A stretch of 64,000 bases of DNA from Acidimicrobiia bacterium. GTDB taxonomy: Bacteria > Actinomycetota > Acidimicrobiia > Spongiisociales > ZC4RG35. Below the pieces are notes generated by a model. It had not been told where the DNA came from and made no database searches. It was given only the letters and a program-made list of their open reading frames with translations. The position numbers and the translations under genes were made by a program. The first letter of the stretch is position 1, and the number at the start of each line of letters is the position of its first letter. The stretch spans positions 131,018 through 195,017 of the forward strand of contig JBGTLA010000095.1 in NCBI GenBank assembly GCA_041744375.1, given 5' to 3'. Below, piece after piece: positions 27,310 to 35,438 of this stretch.

Positions 27310-27701
27310 TGAAGCGCAGAGACGACTTAGATCCAGAGCTCGAAGAACTAGCCCGGACGCTTGAACGGTTCGACGGTGTGACGGTCCAGGGTGGTCGCCT
27401 CGACAATGCCGAATGGTCGGTCATGTTCGCTGCGGCGGTCGAGGATGGTCGCCCCACCGTGGCAGCGTGGCACGGCGTTGAGTTCGTGGCCTGGGCCGTT
27501 CGGGATTTTCGGCTTGCTGGTGAGGGTGACGTGAGCCTGGTGGTCTCGGCCATCCCGCCCATGTTGAACGAGCCGGGCTATGGGGTGACGTTCTTTCTGT
27601 CCGCTCGGCGCTCGTCGAGCCACGAGCGAGTGAATGCGGAGGCGTTTGCCCTGGGGCTCAGCGCTCATGCGGCTGAAAGGGGCTTGATAGTGGAATCTTA
27701 G
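27309..27701 (+). CDS. hypothetical protein between int and attR
   Basis: GTG start overlapping the int TAG stop; 130 aa with no recognisable domain. Confidence 0.35.
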   Translation: MKRRDDLDPELEELARTLERFDGVTVQGGRLDNAEWSVMFAAAVEDGRPTVAAWHGVEFVAWAVRDFRLAGEGDVSLVVSAIPPMLNEPGYGVTFFLSARRSSSHERVNAEAFALGLSAHAAERGLIVES

Positions 27702-27730
27702 AGGAACGGCCCTGGCGGCCACGACCAGGC

Positions 27731-27754
27731 TCCGATGCAGAAACCCCGCTACGG
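27731..27754 (-). terminator. rho-independent terminator-like hairpin after tRNA-Pro
   Basis: GAAACCCCGC-uacg-GCGGGGUUUC followed by a U-rich tail on the minus-strand transcript. Confidence 0.45.
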
Positions 27755-27759
27755 CGGGG

Positions 27760-27834
27760 TTTCTGCCGGTCGGGCCGGCGGGATTCGAACCCACGACCTC
27801 TTGACCCCCAGTCAAGCGCGCTACCAAGCTGCGC
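27760..27834 (-). tRNA. tRNA-Pro (anticodon GGG)
   Basis: Hand-folded cloverleaf: acceptor CGGGCCG/CGGCCCG; D-arm GCGC-AGCUUGGUA-GCGC; anticodon arm CUUGA-CUGGGGG-UCAAG (U33, GGG, G37); variable loop AGGUC; T-arm GUGGG-UUCGAAU-CCCGC; discriminator A; CC encoded. Confidence 0.85.
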
Positions 27835-27919
27835 CACGGCCCGTGTCGGGGGTATCGTAGCGGTTCGCCCGGCGGCTGTGTTGACGGCGGCCCGGGCGGT
27901 ACCCCGCCCACGGAGGCTC

Positions 27920-28588
27920 ATGCGCCGGACCATCGCTGTCATCTGTCTCCTGACAATGGTCGGCTGTGCCAACGGGGAGGCAGTCGAGCCGGCACCGACC
28001 TCGGGTACGACCGAGGTTGTGACGACAGAGCCACCCACCACCACGTCGATCACCCCGCAACCCACAACCACGACCACAGCGCCTTCGACCGGATCCCCTA
28101 CCACCGGAGACGACTCTGGCATCACCTCGTGTGTGGTGGGGGAGTGGGAACTCGACACCGGAGAGTTCGAAGCCCAGGTGGAGACGTTCTACGACGATGC
28201 CGGTATGTCCTCGGACGTGTCGATCACTGGGGGGCGTGTCCTTCTGCATCTCGAAGCGGGCGGGTTGTTCGTCGGTGGTTATGACGAGTTGATGGTCGAC
28301 GTGAGCCTCGGCGATGCCCTTCCGGATCTCACCGTCACCTTCGGTGGGGTGGTTTCGGGCGAGTACTCGGTAGACGGGGATTCTCTCGTCCTCGTCCCCG
28401 ACGATCAATCCACCTTTGCGGCCACCGTCGAGGTTGGGGGTGTGTCGGTGTCACCGGCCGGTGAGCTCGGATTGGGCGACGTCGACCTCTTCACCGAGAG
28501 CGTGTCGGACGTAGTCTGCGAGAACGGTCTTCTCAGGATCGAACCCGCCGCCGGACTGGGCCCTGCTTCGGTGTGGAGGCGGCGGTGA
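27920..28588 (+). CDS. lipoprotein with Thr/Pro-rich linker
   Basis: GGAGG RBS; signal peptide with lipobox (LLTMVGC); low-complexity TTTTS/PT linker; C-terminal domain of unknown function. Confidence 0.6.
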   Translation: MRRTIAVICLLTMVGCANGEAVEPAPTSGTTEVVTTEPPTTTSITPQPTTTTTAPSTGSPTTGDDSGITSCVVGEWELDTGEFEAQVETFYDDAGMSSDVSITGGRVLLHLEAGGLFVGGYDELMVDVSLGDALPDLTVTFGGVVSGEYSVDGDSLVLVPDDQSTFAATVEVGGVSVSPAGELGLGDVDLFTESVSDVVCENGLLRIEPAAGLGPASVWRRR

Positions 28589-28731
28589 CCATGGGAGGGG
28601 GCGGATAGAGACGGGCTGCCGGAAATCGGAGCTGTCCAAGGCAGTGCCCCATGGGTTGGGCCGGCGATGTATCTCTGGAGGCCCTCTCATTCCCCGGGGT
28701 CGAGTGCCGGCGCCGGAGGTAGGCTTGGGAG

Positions 28732-29313
28732 GTGGGCGAACGAATCCTCACGATCCCGAACCTTGTCTCGGCAGCTCGTTTGGCGGCGATCCCCTATTTC
28801 TGGTGGGTTCTGTTGAGCGAGCAAAGGGTGGGCCTGGCGGCCGCACTCATCTTTGTGATCGGCTCGACCGACTGGGTGGATGGGTACCTGGCGCGCCGAC
28901 TCGACCAGGTCACCGAGTTGGGCAAGATCCTTGACCCGGTGGCCGACCGGCTGATGATCGCCTCGGCGTTGGTGGGTGGCCTCCTGGCCGGGGTCATCCC
29001 CGCCGTCTTCGGCTGGCTCCTCATCGTGCGTGAGGTCGTCGTGGTCGTCGGGGGGCTGGTCCTGGCAGGACGGGGGATGGGCAAACTCGTGGTCCGTCCC
29101 CTCGGCAAGGTGGCGACGTTCCTCCTGTACGGTGCCATACCGTCTTTCTACCTCGTGGCGGCCGACATCGCACCGTGGCTGTTCGCCCCACCGGCCTGGA
29201 TCGGTGGCTTCGTCGGTGTCGTCCTCTATTGGTGGGTGGGCGTCGAGTACGCGCTTGACATGAGGTCTTCCATGGTGTCGGTACAGTCTTCGGCCACGAA
29301 CCAGGAGGTGTGA
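28732..29313 (+). CDS. pgsA: CDP-alcohol phosphatidyltransferase (PgsA-like)
   Basis: D-x2-DG-x2-AR...G-x3-D-x3-D motif (STDWVDGYLARR...LDPVADRLM); multi-TM. Confidence 0.8.
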   Translation: MGERILTIPNLVSAARLAAIPYFWWVLLSEQRVGLAAALIFVIGSTDWVDGYLARRLDQVTELGKILDPVADRLMIASALVGGLLAGVIPAVFGWLLIVREVVVVVGGLVLAGRGMGKLVVRPLGKVATFLLYGAIPSFYLVAADIAPWLFAPPAWIGGFVGVVLYWWVGVEYALDMRSSMVSVQSSATNQEV

Positions 29314-29694
29314 GTGAACGTCCCGGACCAGTTGCGTTACACAGAAGAGCACGAGTGGATTGAAGTCGCCGAGGGCGACGCGTTACGTATCGGCATCACC
29401 GATTACGCCCAGGATCAGCTCGGTGACGTGGTGTTCGTGGAACTGCCCGTGTCGGGAGCCGAAGTGGGGGCGGGGGAGATGTTCGCCGAGGTCGAGTCGA
29501 CCAAGTCGGTGGCAGAGGTGTACGCCCCGGTGGCCGGCGTGGTCGAAGCCGTGAACGACGCCCTGGCCGACAACCCCGACCTGGTGAACACGGACCCTTA
29601 TGGTGACGGATGGTTCGTGGTCCTGCGTCCCTCCGATCCCTTGGACCCCGCCGCCTTCTTGGACGCGGCGGGGTATCGGAGCCTCATCGAGTGA
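29314..29694 (+). CDS. gcvH: glycine cleavage system H protein
   Basis: Lipoyl-lysine motif AEVESTKSVAEVYAPVAG; 126 aa. Confidence 0.9.
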   Translation: MNVPDQLRYTEEHEWIEVAEGDALRIGITDYAQDQLGDVVFVELPVSGAEVGAGEMFAEVESTKSVAEVYAPVAGVVEAVNDALADNPDLVNTDPYGDGWFVVLRPSDPLDPAAFLDAAGYRSLIE

Positions 29695-29736
29695 ACCGCT
29701 CGGGCTCGGAAGGATGAGCGCCTCTACAATCGTCTC

Positions 29737-30195
29737 ATGAGATGTCCCAGCTGCGAGGCCGAAATCACCGCAGATGCGAACTTCTGCCCTAGCTGTGGGG
29801 CCGAGATCGAGGCCGACCCGACCGTGGTGTACCTCCCCCTCGACGATCGCCGACAGCATCCGCTGACACCCGCCGAAGCAGCCAGTGTCGAGGGTATTCG
29901 CGGCTTCGCTCTGGTCGTGGAGCGGGGCCCGCGCAGCGGAATGACCTTCGTTCTCAACCCGGGCATGACCACGGTCGGCCGACACCCCGAATCGGACATT
30001 TTCTTGGACGACGTGACGGTGTCACGCCACCACTGCCGGTTTGTGATCGACGATGGCAACCTGTCGGTCGAAGACTCGGGTTCGACCAACGGTACCTATG
30101 TCAACGACGCCCGTGTCGACAGCTCGAATCTGTCGGCGGGCGACGAGGTGCTGGTGGGAAGGTTCCGTTTCCTCGTCGTTCACGGCGATGTCTGA
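29737..30195 (+). CDS. FHA-domain protein (GarA-like position) with N-terminal zinc ribbon
   Basis: CPSCEAEITADANFCPSCGAEI followed by an FHA domain (TTVGRHPESDIFLDDVTVSRHHCRF...NGTYVN). Confidence 0.75.
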   Translation: MRCPSCEAEITADANFCPSCGAEIEADPTVVYLPLDDRRQHPLTPAEAASVEGIRGFALVVERGPRSGMTFVLNPGMTTVGRHPESDIFLDDVTVSRHHCRFVIDDGNLSVEDSGSTNGTYVNDARVDSSNLSAGDEVLVGRFRFLVVHGDV

Positions 30196-30865
30196 AGACG
30201 CTCTCAGCATCGGGGAGGTGATCAACCTGCTTCGTGACGAATTCCCCGACGTGTCCGTGTCGAAGCTCCGTTTTCTGGAGTCACAGGGTCTCGTCAACCC
30301 GGCCCGGGCGGCGAGCGGATATCGACAGTTCGACGCAGAGGATCTCAAGCGCATCCGTTACATCCTCGGTCAGCAACGTGACCACTTCCTTCCCCTCAAG
30401 GTCATCAAGTCGAAGCTAACGCTGTGGGAGCGTGGCGAGGACTACGGCCCGGATGCCACCGAACCTTCCGAGGATGCTTTCGACAGCGAGGGGGAGCCAT
30501 TGACTCGCGCCGATATCGTGCGGCGGAGCGGCCTGAGCGAAGGGGCCCTCGACTCTCTCATCGAGCATGGCCTGCTGCTCCCGGCGGGGGAGTCGGGGGT
30601 CTACCCTCCGGAGGCGCTGGCCATGGCCATCGAATGTCGGCGCCTTCTCGATTCGGGCTTCGAGGCGCGTCATCTCCGCACGGTGCGGCTGGGAGCCGAG
30701 AGAGAAGCCGAGTTGCTGCGTCAACTCACAGCTCCGCTGCTGGCCTCCGAGTCGTCGGAGTTGAAGAGTCGCGCCCGAGACGTGTTGGCGGGTTGCACCG
30801 ATTCGATACAGGCGCTGCACCGCGCCATCCTGACTTCAGAAGTGCGCTCTCTCCTCCACGAATGA
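30188..30865 (+). CDS. MerR-family transcriptional regulator (FHA-associated)
   Basis: ATGTCTGA overlap with the FHA gene stop; MerR HTH LSIGEVINLLRDEFPDVSVSKLRFLESQGLV. Confidence 0.75.
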   Translation: MSEDALSIGEVINLLRDEFPDVSVSKLRFLESQGLVNPARAASGYRQFDAEDLKRIRYILGQQRDHFLPLKVIKSKLTLWERGEDYGPDATEPSEDAFDSEGEPLTRADIVRRSGLSEGALDSLIEHGLLLPAGESGVYPPEALAMAIECRRLLDSGFEARHLRTVRLGAEREAELLRQLTAPLLASESSELKSRARDVLAGCTDSIQALHRAILTSEVRSLLHE

Positions 30866-31926
30866 AACTCTCACGTCTTCTCGCCGTCTTGTCGGCGGCG
30901 GCGCTCATGGCGCTGTCTCCGGTGGCGCCCGCCCTAGGTGCTCCCCTGGTGATACCCGTTCCTCCCCGGGAGGGAATGCCGCTGCCCGACCCGCCGCACG
31001 TCTCCGCCCGTAGTTGGATCGTGTACGACGCCGGCGCCGGGATCGTCCTCGGATCGCACCAACCCGACACGCAGTGGGCGATGGCGTCGACGACAAAGAT
31101 GATGACGGCACTGCTCGCCCTCAAGTATGGCGACCCGAACTCGATCGTCACAGTGAGTGAGAGGGCTGCGGGGATCGGTGAGGCGCAGGTCGGTTTGGAA
31201 CCGGGGGAGCGGTTCCCACTCGCACTCCTCGTGGAGGCGTTGACCATACGCTCCGGCAACGACGCCGCCACGGCGGTAGCCGAGCACCTCTCGGGGTCGG
31301 TCGAGGCCTTCGTAGAGCTGATGAACGAAGAGGCGATCGCTTTGGGGATGACGAACACCCGTTTCGCCAACCCGCACGGTCTCGACGGACCCGACCATCA
31401 CTCCAGCGCCCGTGACCTACTCATCCTGGCTCTCGCCGTGATGGATTATCCGGAGTATCGGAACATGGTCACCACCCACGAGTTGCCCTTCCCCGACGCT
31501 CCCGACGGGACCGAGCGTGTGATCCGGGCGACAAATCGACTGGTCGAGGAGTATCCGGGGGCTATGGGGATCAAGACCGGCTTCACCAACCAGGCGCTGT
31601 TGGTGCTGGCGGCAGCCGCCGAGAGAGAGGGACGAACGTTGTTCACCGTCGTGATGGGCTCCGACGGTCGGGGCGGCCATTTCGAGGACTCAGAAACACT
31701 TCTCGACTGGGGCTTCGGCCGATTTGGTACGTTGGCCACGGTGGCTGGTTTCGCACCTTACGTCCCCGAGGAGCCGGTGCGGTTGGTCGAAGCTGACCCG
31801 GCGCTGGAGCCCGAGCCCGAACCCGTCGTGGTGGAGACCATTCGCACCTCGGATGGCGATCCGCCCGATCTGGCGGCGGCATTCGGATGGGCGGGGCGGA
31901 TCTTCGAGAGGTTCCAGAGTGGCTGA
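30862..31926 (+). CDS. D-alanyl-D-alanine carboxypeptidase (serine-type, PBP5/6 family)
   Basis: Signal peptide; active-site motifs ASTTKMMTA, SGND and KTGFT; ATGA-coupled to the merR stop. Confidence 0.85.
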   Translation: MKLSRLLAVLSAAALMALSPVAPALGAPLVIPVPPREGMPLPDPPHVSARSWIVYDAGAGIVLGSHQPDTQWAMASTTKMMTALLALKYGDPNSIVTVSERAAGIGEAQVGLEPGERFPLALLVEALTIRSGNDAATAVAEHLSGSVEAFVELMNEEAIALGMTNTRFANPHGLDGPDHHSSARDLLILALAVMDYPEYRNMVTTHELPFPDAPDGTERVIRATNRLVEEYPGAMGIKTGFTNQALLVLAAAAEREGRTLFTVVMGSDGRGGHFEDSETLLDWGFGRFGTLATVAGFAPYVPEEPVRLVEADPALEPEPEPVVVETIRTSDGDPPDLAAAFGWAGRIFERFQSG

Positions 31927-32479
31927 TGCCGCCGCTGTGGAGGTAGTGAGCGCAACCGACATCGCGGCCCGCGTGCATGAATTGGGGACCGCACTTGCGG
32001 TTGACTACGCCGGCAAGGATCCTCTTCTCGTTGCAGTCCTGGTGGGGTCGCTCCCGTTTCTCGCCGACCTGGTGAGGGCGATCTCGGCACCCGTAGAAAT
32101 CGACTTTCTCGGTGTGTCACGTTTCGGTGAGGGTGGGCGGATTCGCATCTCCCTCGACACTTCGGAGAACGTCGCCGATCGCAACGTTGTGATCGTCGAA
32201 GATATCGTCGATACAGGTCTCACCTTGACGGTACTTCGGCGCATGCTGGAAGCGAGAGGGGCCGCCTCGGTGGCGACGGTGACCCTGGTCGACAAGGTGA
32301 GGCGTCGCCTGGTGGACGTGCCGCTGGAGTACCGCGGCTTCGAGGTGGGCGACGAATACCTGGTGGGCTACGGGCTGGATTGGCGGGGGCGCTATCGCAA
32401 CCTCCCGTCTCTGTGGGCCGTCATGGACATGGAGGCGTTGGTGGCCGACCCCGATGCGCTGGTCGAGGCCGTGTACTGA
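31919..32479 (+). CDS. hpt: hypoxanthine-guanine phosphoribosyltransferase
   Basis: PRPP-binding motif VVIVEDIVDTGLTL; GTG start overlapping the upstream stop by 8 nt (a GTG at 31937 is an alternative). Confidence 0.8.
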   Translation: MADAAAVEVVSATDIAARVHELGTALAVDYAGKDPLLVAVLVGSLPFLADLVRAISAPVEIDFLGVSRFGEGGRIRISLDTSENVADRNVVIVEDIVDTGLTLTVLRRMLEARGAASVATVTLVDKVRRRLVDVPLEYRGFEVGDEYLVGYGLDWRGRYRNLPSLWAVMDMEALVADPDALVEAVY

Positions 32480-32584
32480 GGGGGCGCGCAAATAGAGCTC
32501 GTGCGTCTTAGCCTCTTCCAGCGACAACGCCTGGTGTTGAGCAGAAATCGCAGCACGATGGCTCACCTATTTGCGCGCCCTCTG
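32480..32584. repeat. ~105-bp TIR-flanked intergenic repeat (copy 2, inverted relative to copy 1)
   Basis: Its reverse complement is ~95% identical to 7606..7709 and carries the same GGGCGCGCAAATAG termini. Confidence 0.7.
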
Positions 32585-32757
32585 AGGGGACGGGCGGATG
32601 GGGACGGCTGCGGGAGCCGGAGCCGTCCTTACGAAACGCTCCCTGGCCTGGCCGGCCGTCTATCCGCGCGTTCCCAGAACTCGAACGGACACCAACTATC
32701 GGAAGTATTACGGCGGAACATTCCAGATGGAGGGTGATCCGCTGATAATCTCGGAGC

Positions 32758-33273
32758 ATGAAGGTGGACGCCATCGCCATGACGGTGGTGGGAGTACGGG
32801 TCGAACTCCCATCGAACAACCCGATCGTGCTGCTGCGCGAGGTGGAGGGCAACCGATACTTGCCCATCTGGATCGGTGCTGCCGAAGCCACGGCCATCGC
32901 CACCGCCATGGAGGGCCTCGACCCGCCTCGTCCTCTGACGCATGATCTCATGCAGGCGGTGATCGAGCGGCTCGGAGCGACGATCGAGCGGGTGGTGGTC
33001 ACCGAGATGAGAGACAGCGTTTTTTACGCCGACCTGATCCTGGTCACCGAAGGTGGCGAAGTGAGCATCTCGGCTCGTCCGTCGGACTCGATCGCTCTCG
33101 CCGTCCGTGTCGCCGCCCCGGTGTTCGCCGACCCGACGGTGCTGGCTGAAGCGGGCATCGAGATCGAAGAGGAGTCCCAGGAGGAACAGATCGAGCGGTT
33201 TCGGGAGTTCCTGGAAGAGGCCACGGTGGAAGACTTCTTGGGCGAGGAGGGCCCCGCTCCTGAGGAGGATTGA
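32758..33273 (+). CDS. bifunctional nuclease family protein (BFN/DUF151)
   Basis: NNPIVLLREVEGNRYLPIWIGAAEATAIA...DLMQAV pattern; acidic C-terminus. Confidence 0.7.
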   Translation: MKVDAIAMTVVGVRVELPSNNPIVLLREVEGNRYLPIWIGAAEATAIATAMEGLDPPRPLTHDLMQAVIERLGATIERVVVTEMRDSVFYADLILVTEGGEVSISARPSDSIALAVRVAAPVFADPTVLAEAGIEIEEESQEEQIERFREFLEEATVEDFLGEEGPAPEED

Positions 33274-33415
33274 GGCTCCCCAGCCCCAAGGTGTTTTCCA
33301 CAGGTTGTTGACAACTTGGGAGCGGGCCGGGTAGCTTTCTTGCACGCTCGGAATTACGCTCCTGTAAGCAACCCGAGCAGCACCAGACGAGGCGGCGCTC
33401 CGGAGGAGACCTGAC

Positions 33416-33895
33416 GTGGAACACACCACCCCGATACACGGCTACCGAGCCCCACAGGTGTGTGGCCTCGTAGATATCACCTATCGCCAGCTCGACTACT
33501 GGGCGCGCACCGGCCTGCTCCGCCCGTCTCTCCAGGAGGCGGCAGGGTCGGGTTCCCAACGGCTCTACTCCTTCACGGACGTCGTGCAGTTGAAGGTGAT
33601 CAAGCGACTTCTCGATGCCGGGATGTCGCTCAAGAAGATCCGCTCGGCCATCGAGATCCTCAGCCAGCAACTGGCGAGCGCCAAGCCCCTGGCCGATGTC
33701 ACCCTCCTCTCGGATGGGCAGACCATCTATGCCGCTACCAGCGCCGATGAGGTCGTGGACGTGTTTCGTCGTGGCCAGGGTGTGTTCGGTATCGCCATCG
33801 GTCCGGTTCAGGACGAGGTGGAAGGAGCTATCCACGAGTTGTTCCCGGCGCGAGAAACAGAGGGCGCTCCCACCGTCAAGGCAGGAGCCCACTGA
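33416..33895 (+). CDS. MerR-family transcriptional regulator
   Basis: HTH ICGLVDITYRQLDYWARTGLLRP. Preceded by a TTGACA-N17-TAGCTT promoter-like element whose -35 lies inside the palindrome GTTGTTGACAAC (33304..33315). Confidence 0.75.
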   Translation: MEHTTPIHGYRAPQVCGLVDITYRQLDYWARTGLLRPSLQEAAGSGSQRLYSFTDVVQLKVIKRLLDAGMSLKKIRSAIEILSQQLASAKPLADVTLLSDGQTIYAATSADEVVDVFRRGQGVFGIAIGPVQDEVEGAIHELFPARETEGAPTVKAGAH

Positions 33896-33897
33896 CT

Positions 33898-34329
33898 GAC
33901 AAGACCCAACTCCGGGCCAGCGAAGTCGATTTCGCTCACAACAGTGAGCGCCAGTTCGCTCTCCTCCTCGACTTCTACGGGATCCCCTGGGAGTACGAGC
34001 CCCGCTCATTCCCCATCTCGTGGGACCGCGATGGGCAACCCCAGCAATACTTCACGCCCGACTTCTACCTGCCGGACGACGATCTCTTCATAGAGATCAC
34101 CACCATGAATCAAAAATTGGTGACGAAAAAGAATCGCAAGGTGCGCCTGCTGCGAGAGATCCACCCGGAGATCCGCTGCAAAGTGCTGTATCAGCGCGAC
34201 TACCTCAACATGGTCACGAAGTACGGCCTCGAAGAACCCGACCATCTCGAGGACGTCACGCCTCCCACCCGGATGCCGGGCAGGCCGGTGGTCACCCGGC
34301 TCGACGCCCGGGGCAGCCGGACGGGATGA
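33898..34329 (+). CDS. protein-like ORF lacking an ATG/GTG/TTG start (possible non-canonical start or pseudogene)
   Basis: ~140 codons open after the in-frame stop at 33748, with protein-like composition (…EVDFAHNSERQFALLLDFYGIPWEYEPRSFPISW…) but no canonical start until the ATG at 34105. Locally AT-richer than its surroundings. Confidence 0.3.
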   Translation, partial: DKTQLRASEVDFAHNSERQFALLLDFYGIPWEYEPRSFPISWDRDGQPQQYFTPDFYLPDDDLFIEITTMNQKLVTKKNRKVRLLREIHPEIRCKVLYQRDYLNMVTKYGLEEPDHLEDVTPPTRMPGRPVVTRLDARGSRTG

Positions 34330-35363
34330 GCGAGACCTCACCCCTAAACGACCACCACGTCGCTCTCGGGGCGAAGTTCGTCGACTTCGGTGGATGGGAT
34401 ATGCCCGTGCAGTACGAGTCGGTGCTGGCCGAGCATCGAGCAGTCAGAGAGTCGGTCGGCCTCTTCGACGTCTCCCACCTGGGGCGTCTCTCCGTGAAAG
34501 GCCCTGGCAGCGCCGAGACCCTCGCCGCGCTCTTCAGCAACGATGCCCGCAAGTACGAACCAGGTCGCACCCACTACACCACCATGCTGACCCCCGAAGG
34601 AGGGATTCGCGACGACATCGTCATCTGGCGCTGGAACGACGACGAGTTCTGGGTCATGCCCAACGCCGGTAACGCTCCCGTCGTGGCGGAGGCGATTGCC
34701 GAGCGAGCACCCCAGGTGATGGTCGATGACATCCGACCGACCACGGTGCTGCTGGCGGTTCAGGGCCCCACCGCCTCCACGCTCCTGTCGGAGGTGCTGG
34801 GGGAGGCGCCCGTCCGGTTCCGGACGCTCGAAGTGGGCGGGATCAGGTCGGCAGGTACCGGGTACACGGGCGAGCGCGGAGGAGAACTGTGTGTGGAGGT
34901 CGGTGCGGCCGGCCGGCTCTTCGAAAGTCTCGTGGGAGCCGGGGCCCGACCGTGTGGCCTCGGTGCCCGTGACACCCTGCGGCTCGAGGCCGGCTTGGTC
35001 TTGTGGGGCGCAGACATCGACGTCACCACGACTCCGCTCGAAGCAGGTCTCGAATTTGCCGTCGACTGGGATCACGACTTCGTCGGTCGAGCGGCCCTCG
35101 AAACACAGCGGTCGAGTGGGATCACGCGCCGTCTCACCGGGTTGGTTATGGATGGCCGGGGCATTCCCCGGTCCGGACATGCGGTGAGATCGGGGGGATC
35201 GAAGGGAGTGGTCACTTCCGGCAACATCAGTCCCATTCTCGGAACCGGCATCGCCTTGGCGTACCTATCCCCCCCAGCCGCAGTGGGAACAGAAGTCGAG
35301 GTAGAGATCCGGGGAGCATGGACGCCGGCCACGGTGACGTCGCCGCCTTTCCATCGGCGGTGA
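34326..35363 (+). CDS. gcvT: glycine cleavage system T protein (aminomethyltransferase)
   Basis: Starts MSETSPLNDHHVALGAKFVDFGGWDMPVQY; GcvT fold throughout. Confidence 0.9.
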   Translation: MSETSPLNDHHVALGAKFVDFGGWDMPVQYESVLAEHRAVRESVGLFDVSHLGRLSVKGPGSAETLAALFSNDARKYEPGRTHYTTMLTPEGGIRDDIVIWRWNDDEFWVMPNAGNAPVVAEAIAERAPQVMVDDIRPTTVLLAVQGPTASTLLSEVLGEAPVRFRTLEVGGIRSAGTGYTGERGGELCVEVGAAGRLFESLVGAGARPCGLGARDTLRLEAGLVLWGADIDVTTTPLEAGLEFAVDWDHDFVGRAALETQRSSGITRRLTGLVMDGRGIPRSGHAVRSGGSKGVVTSGNISPILGTGIALAYLSPPAAVGTEVEVEIRGAWTPATVTSPPFHRR

Positions 35364-35438
35364 AATCCGGGGCGTTCTATTGCCGTGAAGGTATCGGGGT
35401 CGTCCACCGCGGCCGGTGTCGTTTCTAGAGTGATACAC

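Larger units (their letters stand above)
18474..27804. mobile_element. ~9.3-kb integrated element at tRNA-Pro(GGG) with phage-satellite (PICI-like) gene organisation
   Basis: Bounded by tRNA-derived direct repeats (18474..18505 / 27773..27804). The tyrosine integrase sits next to the intact tRNA. Contains divergent regulators, xis-like genes, Prim-Pol plus a helicase, iterons immediately 3' of the helicase gene, and a terS-like gene. No capsid, tail, lysis or conjugation genes. Confidence 0.7.

Noticed and set aside
33748-33898. Programmed -1 frameshift fusing MerR (33416..33895) to the downstream start-less ORF
   Set aside because: No slippery heptamer (X XXY YYZ) or downstream pseudoknot-like structure was found near the MerR stop; the nearest candidate (GAGAAAC) does not fit.
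33274-34325. Glycine riboswitch upstream of gcvT or gcvH
   Set aside because: No tandem aptamer cores (GGAGAG...ACCGAAGGGGCAA) are present. gcvT is preceded by a MerR gene and the odd ORF, and gcvH directly follows pgsA.
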